Source: a virus
Lineage: Duplodnaviria > Caudoviricetes
Length of the DNA stretch: 52,885 nucleotides
Virus record (IMG/VR): IMGVR_UViG_3300033144_005399
Coordinates: 1 to 52,885 of that record
Direction: 5' to 3' (one strand)
Positions 16,201 to 25,300 of this stretch are shown here, in pieces. The stretch's first letter is position 1. The number at the start of each line of letters is the position of its first letter. The notes under the pieces were generated by a model. The model was not told where the DNA came from, searched no databases, and worked only from the letters and a program-made list of their open reading frames with translations. Position numbers and translations under genes: made by a program.

Positions 16201-19047
16201 CGGCAGGGCTCGGGTCTGTTCGAGCACGGGGGCTATGGCGCGCACTCGCAGGGCAAGGTGTTCCTGAGCGACAACTTCAGCGCGGCGAAGCAGTGGCACG
16301 GCAAGGTCGAGGACATGCTGCAAACGCGCGACGAGTCGGATACCTGGAAGCACGACGCCGTGATGCTGCGCGTGAAGCATCGCCGCACTGCGCGCGATCC
16401 TGTTGGCGACGACGATGTGAGCGGATCGCGGCAGACGAAGAAGACCGTCCCGCCTGAGCACATCGAGTACCACGACAAAGAGCACGGCTGGCGACCCGTA
16501 CATGAGTGGTCCGGGGGGAAGCACAGCGAGCTGGATTACGGCGAGGAAGCCGCGGCACACAAAAGCCACGGCGTGCTCGGCACGCTCAGCATCGGTGACC
16601 TGAAGCTGATCAAGTCGCAGCTCGCGAAGGGCTGCTCGGTCTGCGGCTTCTTCCACGGCTCGGGTAGCGACGGACCGACTCCCGATTGTGCGGATCTCGC
16701 GAAGGGCGGCCCGTACATCGGACCCCGAGGCGGGAAGTGGGCTGACATCAAGCACACGATCCACTGGACGGAGAAGAAGCCGAAGAAGCCGCGCAAGAAA
16801 GCGAAGCCGAAGAAGAAGAAGCGGCAGTATCCGTGGGGCGAGTCGGAGTGGACCGAAGAGCAGTTCACGGTCGGCGACTTCGACAAGAGCCCGGAGAACT
16901 GGCAGTGGTTCCATGAGCACGGGCGCGTTGCGATCGGAGGCCCCGACGGCGGCGTGCAGTTCGACTCGATGCACCCGGTGAAGTACGGGGGCAAGAAAGG
17001 CGCGCTCTACCAGATCGTCGGCAAGGGCGAAGCAGGCTGGTACCGGCTCCGCGATGTGAGCACGAACGAAGAGCGCACCGTCGCCGAGGATCGCGTGTTC
17101 CCCGTCTTCCATCAAAAGGGCGGTCGCTCGGGTATGCCCTTGCTGCCCCCGAAGACGAAGAGGGGGAAGAAGAAGCGCGCAGGGAAGCCCGCCAAGAAGC
17201 CCGCGGCGGGCACGGGTGGAATATGGCAGAAGCCGCCCGTCATCGAGACCGGCGAGGAGACTCCGCCCGCACCGGGGGAGACGACCGAGCGGATACCGAG
17301 CTTCGCCGACAGCCTCGCTGAGGAAGGTACCGCGCTCCATAAGATGGAGAACGGTGCCTTCATGCGGCACACGCGCATCGAGTACGAGGTCGACGAAGGC
17401 GACGTGCGCCAGCGCAACAAGGTCTCACGCAACGCGGTCGACAACCACACGAAGACGCAGCTCCTCGCCGAGTTCGAAGGCATGATCGTGAACACCGCGG
17501 TGGACGCGCGGAAGCGGTTCCGCCTCGACGCTCAGGAGCTGGAAGATCTGCGAGCTTCGGCGATGGAGGGATTGCTGGTCGCCGTCGAGCGGTATCCGGG
17601 TGGGCGCCCGTTCGCTGGGTACGCGCAGATCTACGCGCGGGAGTACGCGCGCATCTACGGCGCGAAGGTGATGAGCGATGTCGGCTCGCTGCCGCGTCGT
17701 GTGCGCAAAGCGATCCCGAAGTACCTCGCGGCGAAGGCCGAGGCGGCGGCCGCGCTCGGCACCATGAACCCGACGCCCGCACAGGTCGTGCCCTTCTGGC
17801 GCATGCAGAAGCGCGACATGCACAAGCTCGACGCGAAGGATCCGCAGCGCAACGAACCGCTGCCGTTGCGCACGTACAAGCTCGCGCAGAAGGAGCGCAC
17901 CGTCACCCCCGAGGGCAAGCGTAAGAAGGAGACGATCGCGAAGGACGTGCGCGAGCACCCGGGCAAGCGCGAGTGGGCCGAAAGAATCCACAAGTTCCTC
18001 ACAGGGCAGGCGACCGCGCAAGGGTCCGAGTTCTTTGAGGGAGGTCGCGATGTGCTCCCGGGTGTCCACATCGGCGCGGGGATGTCGGAGCGCGAGAAGA
18101 TCGAGATCCGTGCGTCGGTTCAGAAGGCGCTGGAGGGGCTCGACAAGCACGAGATCCGGGTGAAGACCGGACGGCAGACCAGCCTCTACCGCGGGGACAC
18201 CGCGACCATGGTCATGCAGGAGCTGGGACTCACGGCGAGCGGCGAGAGTGTTCCTCGCAAAGAGATCGCGGCGAACGTCGTGATCGAGCGGCGCACGCTG
18301 AAGGGTGACTGGAAGCAGCTCAGCCTCCGCCAGAAGGAAACCCTGGTCGGCGAGTTCTTGCAGCGCGGGTTCGCTGTGATGAAGAAGCGCATGGGCGGCG
18401 AGCTGGGGGAGAGCCTGGTCGGACGCGCCGCCGACATCGTGTCGCCTCCTCCGCCCGCGGAGCGCGGGCCGACATGGGCGCAGCGCGTGAAGGCGCATTC
18501 GAAGTCGGTATCCGTCGACAAGGTGCGCGCGTACCGCAAGCGTGAGCGTGATCGTCTTCGTCGAGTGCGCGACGGCATCCGTGCGCGAGCTGAGAAGATG
18601 CCGCACGGGCCCGACCGTGATCACCAGCTCGACCTCGCCGAGAGCACGAAGAATGTGCTGCGCCGCATCGACCGGATGAGCAACCGGCAGATCAAGATCG
18701 CCATCGCGCAGCACGAGATGACGACCGGGCCGAAGTCGGCCGCGATGCGTCGGTTGATGACGCAGGCGGCGGCGGTGGAGCCCTACACGTCCGGCGAGAA
18801 GGGCCTGTCCACGGTGGTGCTGACGGACCCCGCAACGGGGCGCAGTCGGAAGGTGCGTGTCTCCTCGATTCGCGACATCGCACCGGGTGGTCGCTTGACG
18901 AAGGCTGTCGAGACGACGGATACCGTGACGGCGGGGCTACTCTGGGACATGATGCACCGCCCGCGGTTGACGCAACTGCTCATGGCCGAGGACTCTGTAC
19001 CGAGTCTCGACCGTGCTCGGGTCGAAGCAATGATCGGACTGCACTGA
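13255..19047 (+). CDS. Polyvalent protein (~1930 aa): ART-like, papain-like, inorganic pyrophosphatase, zincin, second ART-like and sigma70-like domains
   Basis: TGATG overlap start. Motifs: IYRAL..GDWVSL..EWGY; CYE..HG..GHAW..YD; ISVEN..YGYIRG..DGDEIDVFVG..FDEHKVMLGF; HELTH; LFHS..SIQENGLVP..VFLS..VPPEHI; EDLRASAMEGLLVAVERY..FAGYA. Five tag copies. Confidence 0.88.
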   Translation: MAIATIAELHAFATGGPFIGPRGGKWADAKRTIPWKDAPADRAKARAKEKRAARREKREPGEWATSPEAKVATLDAGSGERLYRLSADGYDVHWHHEKHGWREVVNYDQKQKVKEHFDPSLKRTEPRPDPYAPEPEDEDTGHRMGHQPSKYAPAHALESVQPGILNEPHHYTAFREQLREFWPKLKAAQGNPDAKITIYRALPKGKEAFATGDWVSLSRMYAQDHAEGEKGWRVAAVDVPLRDLHWAGDDLAEWGYFGSDLKKAGPFIGPRGGKWADAKRTIPWKKKKPKKRAKPKKRAKPKPEPKTEPDAGEACGSCYEDAASAISAPFDETFADWKLVHGRPRLTRPPFVRFGHAWLEKGDTVYDAASGRTLSKALYYHSGQITDEERYTYTRTEARFMIVKHQHWGPWDGVEAKGLGFSSEHDDLEKGRKLHYRTKFQGLPISVENRAGSRRYWTESKSGESGSTKMIVPYGYIRGFIGKDGDEIDVFVGPDKKSERVFIVNQRASVDLRKFDEHKVMLGFGSVSAAKSAYLKHYDKRGPSFLGSIRQWTMSRFKRWLEGGNLSEPAAKSAWEDELHKAGPFVGPRGGLWADAKHTISWRESIGREGPRTGAISVPDAAVHAAVDDLLSKPGLSFGVVPRSGDRDVTSRWKTRVQFKDARGKAREILVRVQHDPRLTHEHRRGGSGISGQYQSQFQTYIDPKTKKQEGVITDHIELNLRAGDWGKEKLASAMRDVLSHELTHAADPWLAEATKRHSQSPEKGSPVLSGRTTGFRSAYVAYLNQPVEVTATIQQIKREITDVRVAAEIKDDPEWMRPEFLLGYSDRWKKVGEHYTEKNKRRVLRAIFDMRESLLAGTTKPIAKAGVLYVPLAKAGPFVGPRGGLWADAKHTIAWRANYMNRERNEARIEALGRQLGRAIKEGKESDRRYAAKALEADHGVPVHHEAKGEPPKPPPKLKKRLFHSAPAHVMESIQENGLVPRQGSGLFEHGGYGAHSQGKVFLSDNFSAAKQWHGKVEDMLQTRDESDTWKHDAVMLRVKHRRTARDPVGDDDVSGSRQTKKTVPPEHIEYHDKEHGWRPVHEWSGGKHSELDYGEEAAAHKSHGVLGTLSIGDLKLIKSQLAKGCSVCGFFHGSGSDGPTPDCADLAKGGPYIGPRGGKWADIKHTIHWTEKKPKKPRKKAKPKKKKRQYPWGESEWTEEQFTVGDFDKSPENWQWFHEHGRVAIGGPDGGVQFDSMHPVKYGGKKGALYQIVGKGEAGWYRLRDVSTNEERTVAEDRVFPVFHQKGGRSGMPLLPPKTKRGKKKRAGKPAKKPAAGTGGIWQKPPVIETGEETPPAPGETTERIPSFADSLAEEGTALHKMENGAFMRHTRIEYEVDEGDVRQRNKVSRNAVDNHTKTQLLAEFEGMIVNTAVDARKRFRLDAQELEDLRASAMEGLLVAVERYPGGRPFAGYAQIYAREYARIYGAKVMSDVGSLPRRVRKAIPKYLAAKAEAAAALGTMNPTPAQVVPFWRMQKRDMHKLDAKDPQRNEPLPLRTYKLAQKERTVTPEGKRKKETIAKDVREHPGKREWAERIHKFLTGQATAQGSEFFEGGRDVLPGVHIGAGMSEREKIEIRASVQKALEGLDKHEIRVKTGRQTSLYRGDTATMVMQELGLTASGESVPRKEIAANVVIERRTLKGDWKQLSLRQKETLVGEFLQRGFAVMKKRMGGELGESLVGRAADIVSPPPPAERGPTWAQRVKAHSKSVSVDKVRAYRKRERDRLRRVRDGIRARAEKMPHGPDRDHQLDLAESTKNVLRRIDRMSNRQIKIAIAQHEMTTGPKSAAMRRLMTQAAAVEPYTSGEKGLSTVVLTDPATGRSRKVRVSSIRDIAPGGRLTKAVETTDTVTAGLLWDMMHRPRLTQLLMAEDSVPSLDRARVEAMIGLH
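13300..14109 (+). repeat. Dispersed 63-bp direct repeat (13300-13362 and 14047-14109, 2 synonymous mismatches) encoding the GPRGG tag
   Basis: GGGCCTTTCATCGG(G/A)CC(A/T)CGCGGTGGAAAGTGGGCAGACGCAAAGCGCACCATCCCGTGGAAG at both positions. Confidence 0.92.
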
Positions 19048-19054
19048 GGGTGAG

Positions 19055-19345
19055 ATGTCAGAGATTTGGCAAATCGGACGCGTAGGGCCCAAGGGCAAGC
19101 TGTCGCATGCCTTCAATATCCGCCGCACGGATGACGGCGGGATCAAGCTCTCCAAGGCGCAGGGCCTGACCGAGGCCGAGCGTCATGATCTCTTCGCGCA
19201 CTTCGGCAGGGTGCATCAAGCGCGCACCGGCGGGTACCGCGACGGTGAGCATTGGGAGGGCTGGAAGAAAGTGGAACCCGGAACCGAGCAGCACTTCCTG
19301 AAAGCCGTCTGGAGTCTCCCCGGACTCTTCAAGGTGATGGGCTAA
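19055..19345 (+). CDS. Small hypothetical protein (96 aa)
   Basis: GAGGGTGAG upstream. Fills the gap between the two giant genes; its TAA overlaps the next ATG. Confidence 0.7.
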   Translation: MSEIWQIGRVGPKGKLSHAFNIRRTDDGGIKLSKAQGLTEAERHDLFAHFGRVHQARTGGYRDGEHWEGWKKVEPGTEQHFLKAVWSLPGLFKVMG

Positions 19346-22300
19346 TGCAGTACGTCATCCCCGCGCGACGCGCCGGTGTCGATGCGCTCGTGAAAGCCGT
19401 CTTCTCGCGAGGCCCGCGGCCCGGCGTGAAGTACATCAAAAAGGTGCCCTACTTCTCAGGTGGGAAGATGAAGTGGCGCTACTACTACCGCGACGAGCAC
19501 TCGCGGAAGCATGGTCGCGGGCACCATGATCCGTACAACGATCACGACCATCACCTCATCGGCGAACTGAAGGATCACCACAAGAACCTCGTCGGCAAGG
19601 TGCGCTCGGCCATCGAGACCGGCATGCAGTTCATCAAGGGACTCTTCGGTTTCAAAAAGCAGCCCGACACAGCGGCCGGTGCGGTGTTCACGCAGAAGTT
19701 CATCGAGCCCCCCATCGCGGCGGAGAAGGAAGGGAAGTCTCCCGACGCGAATGCCGCGACCGTGAAGATGGCGCAGGCGATCGAGATGTTGCCCGATCAT
19801 CTGAAGGCGATGGTCGACCCCGCCCAGATACCGAAGGTCAAGGGTGGGAAGTACAAGGGGCTGAAGAGCTTCTCGCTCCTCGACAACATGGAGGATCCGT
19901 ACCTCCTCCGTCTCGGGCTCCTGGGGATGCTCACGGTCGGCGGTCACGCCAGTCGCACGGAGGGGCATCTCATCGTCAACGGCCTGAGCTTCGAGGGAGG
20001 TAAGAAAGGCGTCACCAGCAAGCCCGATTTCAACTCGCCCGAGACGGTCACCGAGGAGGTGTTCTGGCACGAGTTCGGTCACCACATCCACTACGCCATC
20101 GAGGAGAGCATCACGCGCGGTGAGCTGACGTGGAAGAAGGCATGGGAGGAGTGGGCCGACGGGCTGGACGGGAAGAAGATCAGCGGGTACGCGGGCTCAC
20201 ACACGTATGAGGATTTCGCGGAGTCGTTCGCGTGCATGATCTCGCATCCGAAGCAGCTCGCGATGGTCTGCAAGGAACGGTACGAGTGGATGCAGCAGCA
20301 TCTGTTCGAGCATCTTCCCGAGCAGGAGAAGATGGTTCAGGTCGACGACGAAGAGCTGGCGTGGTGGAACGCCAAGCCGCACACGAAGGTGACTGCGGCG
20401 CTCTTCCAGGCGCGGAAGAAGGAGGGAGCCGCGGCTCCCTTCCACCCGATGCACTCGGAGAAGGATCAGTTCTACACGGTATCCATCGAGGGGCGCACCG
20501 TGTACCTCCGCATGGGCCCGCCGTCGAAGGTCGACGAGGCCGGCTGGCATCGGATGCCCGAGACGACGTACACCGAGACCATCGAGGGTGCGGACGGCAA
20601 GCCCGTGACGATCACGCTGCCGCGCAACGAGAATCTCGTCGGTGCGCGCTTCAAGGCTCAGAGCGCGGCGAAGGAGATCTACGACGAGCGCGGTGTCGCG
20701 CTGACGAATCACCAGGCGTTCCTGCACCTATTCCAAGACGACAAAGACCTCATCGATTGGATGCCCGATGACATCGCGGAGTACGGCAAGTCTCCGCGGT
20801 GGAAGAAGAACAAGGAAGGGAAGGACACGAAGACCCAGGAGAAGGATCCCGAAACGGGAGAGCCGCTCTGGGACTACCGCCCCACCGAGGTGCACAACCT
20901 CAGCCGCCGCATGTTCGAAGCGCTCGGTTTCAAAAAGGCGCACACGAAAGAGAACGAGCGCAAGCGGCTGCTGAAGGTCGTCGTCGCGCAGAAGGAATGG
21001 GACCGCGTAAAGGCGAAGCACGAGGCAGGGAAGAAGCTCACGAAGAAAGAGAAGAGCCTGCTCTTCGAGTACGAGAAGGTCACGTCCGAGAAGACCGGCA
21101 AGGAAACAGTCACGACGCACGTCGTCGCTGAGAAGCCGCGTCCTGACTTCGACGAGTACCAGGGCAAAAAGCTCGGCCGTATCCAGTGGGCTCCGCATGA
21201 GATGACGCGCCACGAGTTCATGCAGAAGAGCGGCACCTTCGCGTTCGGCGAAATGAAGGCGTCGAAGAAGACCGCGCCCTACCTCGCACGCGACGAAGAC
21301 GGCAACGTGGTCATGAAGGCCGACGGCACGCCGCTCACTACCGCGACGGTCTACGAACAGGAGAACCCGGACGGGAGCTGGACGAAGGTCACCGTCAACA
21401 CTTCGGCTCCGTTCAACCGAGGGGATACCATCTACGTGCCCGACAAGTCGGGCAACTGGAAGCGCCACACGCTCGACAGCGGTTCGATCGATCCCTTCAT
21501 CATCGCGCGTGAGCACGGCACGACCATGAAGGCGCTGCTCTCGCACAACGGCAAGTTCGCGCGCGGGCAGATCACCGATCCGATCCTCGCCGCGCTCATC
21601 AACCCAGGCGACATCCCGATCGCCGACTCGACGAAGCTCCAAGAGTTGATGCGCGAAGCCGCGTCGGTGCACAACGTCGACCCGGAGACGCAGGAGCCGT
21701 ACACCGGGCGGCGTGTGTGGGTAACGCTTGCCGGTGAGCCCGGTGGGGGGTCGGCGAAGAGCATGCGCGCGAACGCGCACATCCAGGTGGAGTTCGACGG
21801 CTCGGGCCCCCCGCGGGTGGTGGGGCCGTATTGGGAGCGCAAGCTCGGCAAAGCGCCCGTGCGTGTGGATGAGCTGCTCAACAAGTTCGACGAGATCACC
21901 ACGCCTCTGATCAAAGAGCAGAAGGCAAAGATCGTCCAGGCGAAGCCGGGCGGGCTGGTGTGGTTCGTAGACCCGAAGAGCGAGAAGCGTGTGCTCGGCA
22001 CGTATGTCAAGAAAAGGAAGGACCCGAAGACGAAGAAGGAGCTGTTCATGGTGCAGCCGCTTCCGGGTCAGGCGGCGGGTTCCGCGAAGCACATAGTGGG
22101 CGTGCAAAAGGTCGAACCGGTAACCGATGATCTCGTGCCCGGAAATCCGACGCTGCGGAAGCGGAAGGTGCAGCCGCTGGAGAAGGATCTGCTGCTCTAC
22201 ATGGATGAGGTGCCCCGCGGTTCGGCTACGAACGAGACGCGAGGGAACATCCGAATCCTTCTGCCGACCGACGGCTCCATCACGATGGAACAGGTGAAGA

Positions 22301-25300
22301 AGTATCCGGGCGTGCGGATCCTTGAGCCGACTCCCGGCGACAGAGCTTTGCGCGTCACGATCAGCCCGAAGGATCTTCCTGAGTTCCGCGCACGCGTCGG
22401 CGGATTCATGATGGGCAGTCGCGTGCTCGCGAAGCTCGCGGAAGAGGATACCCGCTCGCGCATCCTCGCGGAGGAGAGCGGCAAGCAACAGATCGTCGAA
22501 CCCGAAGACCTGGAGAACGACGAAGGCAACATCAACCCCGAGGGCCCGCTGCGCGGACTCGTCGAGGGCGACGACGGTATCCAGCCAGGCGAGCACCGCA
22601 TTCGCGCGCTCCAGAAGCTCGCGAAGAACAACGGCCGCCTCTACGCCGCGCACTTCATGGGCACCGGCAAGACCGCGCTCGCGATCATGGCGAGCCAGAT
22701 GATGCGCAACCTCGCGGATCCCAGCGACCCCTCGAAGCCGCATCCGAAGCAGCTCAAAAAGAAGGTGATGCACGTTGTCCCGCTGAACACGGCCGACGGC
22801 TGGTTCCAAGAGTATGTGCGCTTCCTCGGTGCACCGACCGTGGTCGGCGCGGAGTCACTGAGCGGTGCGCAGCAGCTTCCGAAGCTCCCGAAGCGCAATG
22901 CTCGGGAGAAGGATGAGAGCTACCGACAGCGCGTGATGACGTTCTGGAAGAACGCGATCAAGAGCAACCCGAAGCTCTGGAACCCGTGGACCGATGCCGG
23001 CGACAACGTGGTCGCACCGATGGAGTATTTCCGCGACAACGAAGAGGCGCTGCGCCTCACGGGAATGTTCGACGGCATGGTCGTCGATGAGGCGCACAAG
23101 GTCGCGCGCGAAAACCAGCTCTCGAAAGCCATCGAGCGCTGGAACCCGCAGATGAACCTGTTCCTGCTGCTCAGCGGGACGCCCATCACGAACAACCTGA
23201 AGGTGCTGCCTCGCATCGTGGATCTCGTCACGGCCGGTGAGGTGAAGCTCGGGACCGAGGAGGAGTTCACCGAGCGGTATCTCATCGAGAGCGCGACGAT
23301 GCGCGCGTACAACCGGCGCTCCGCCGTGAAAACCGATCTCAACCCGCAACGTGTCGGTGAGCTGGCGGGTATCCTTCAGCCGATCATGGACGTCGCGACG
23401 ACAGCCGACGTCAAGGGCAAGTCCATGCCCGCGGTACTGCTCGATGAGAACGAGCCTGCGCACATGATCGGGCAGCAGGCTCGCATGTACCGGCTCGCGA
23501 TGGCGCAGACCACCGACGCCGAGCGCGAGGCGATGGGAGCCTCGGCTGCGCTCGGACTCGACGAGGGGGGTCTGCTCTCGCCGGACGCGCGCCGCAAGAT
23601 CGCAGTCGCGCGCAGCATCGCGAACGCACCGAGCTACAAGGCCCCCGACGATCGCGAGGACGCGACCTACGAAGAGACCACCGCTCGTGTCGATCGACGC
23701 GGCAACCAGATCGTCGAGAAGACGACGCAGGTATTCGAGCTGCCGTCGCTCGGGAAGATGACGAACAAGCGGACGGATAGGGGCATCGCATGGGGCGGTG
23801 TGTGGCCCGACACCTCGGATGTCGTCGCCGGCCGCATCACGCAGGGTTACTACGAGGCGCTCCATAAGTACGTCCACCGCGTGCTGGGCGTTGGGTACGA
23901 GTTCCTCGAAGGCAAAAAGATCGCGGGCTCCCCGCAGGGGAAGAAGCTCCTCGCCGCGCTGCGCAACAAGGGCGAGTACATCACGAACACCGGAGAGAAG
24001 TGGCAGAAGGGTATCCGCTACTCGGGAGGAGGGAAGCTGAAGAACCCCGACTTCGGACCCGAGGGGATGATCTGCCGCGGCAAGCTCAATGAGCGGACCG
24101 GCGAGATCACGAAGCTCACGGAGATCGGCAAAAAGGCCGCGACCTACTACGACAGTCAGACCGGGCAGTGGAAGCCGGTAGAGGTGAAGCCTGGTCATCT
24201 GTTCGTGCGCGACACGCGCTCGAAGATGCTCGGCGTCTTCTACGATCAGGAGGATTGGGAGTTCACCGGTCGGTTCGACACGAAGGCCGAGAGCGGCACG
24301 ACCGACGACGGTGAAGACGGTCCGAAGATCCCCGACGTCAGCACGCTCACGCGTAAGCAGATGGAGGCGCTCGCGAAGAAGCACGAGATCAGCCTCCCCG
24401 ACGACATAGACGACGAGGTGTTCCGCGCGCTGCTCGAAGACGCGCTTCGGAAGAAGGTGCTCGGGCGCAAGGGCAATCAGCAGGGGCCGAAGGCAGGCCG
24501 CGAAGGGATGACCATCCAGCGTCACCCCGCGCGCCGCGAAGCACGCGCTCAGTTCGACATGGCGGTGACCACGAACAATGCGAAGTGCGACAAGCTCGAA
24601 GAGCACATGCGCGAAGCGCTGAAAGAGAAGACCGGCGGCGGTGCGCAGGATCAGGGGATCATCTTCGGCAACCGCATCGGCAGCGCCGTGCGCACGGCCG
24701 AGTCGAAGCTCCGCATGCTGGGCTACATGGATGTCAACGAGGCTCTCGGGAATCCCGAGTGGTCGACGGATCACGACAAAAAGCGCGCGCTGGGGACCCG
24801 CAAGTTCTACGTCACGTACATGGGCAAGGGTGCGACGCTCGGGGACCGCGACATCAACTCCGAGATCTTCCGCCACGTGCAGGATGACTTCGGTTCGGAT
24901 ACCGGTACGTCGATGTTCGTGCAGCGCTCGATGTACGGCACGTCGAAGAACCGGATGCTGCGCGCCGAGCAGATGGAAGAGCCGTGGGGGAAGTCGCAGC
25001 GGGCGAAGATCAAACAGAACTTCGTCGATGGCACCGGCGCGTCTACGAAGAGCGGAACGCCTCGCGGGCTTGAGGTGCCGATGCGTGTCGTCGGCTGGAA
25101 GAACGACGACGGCAGTGTCGGGCAGCGCTACGTCTATGAGAGTGAGCTGACGACGGCTGCGAAGCGTCAGGTCGCCGCGCTGGAGATCAAAATGCGCTCG
25201 CAGCGCGGCGCGGCGAAGGAGAAGACGAACCGTCAGGTCTACGAGATCATGAAGCCCTTCTTCTCGGAGAAGAGGCCGCTCACCGACGACCAGATCGACA

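Noticed and set aside
13300-16767. GPRGG-tag repeats as a CRISPR array or DGR template/variable repeat
   Set aside because: Copies are in frame, 0.7-1 kb apart and vary mostly at synonymous sites. Differences are not adenine-specific, and no cas or reverse transcriptase gene is present.
13072-19344. ORF-track starts at 13072 and 19252 (also 106, 11414, 33437, 36215, 37302, 39460)
   Set aside because: These extensions mostly run into upstream genes or lack an RBS. Stop/start overlaps or RBS positions support the later starts used here.
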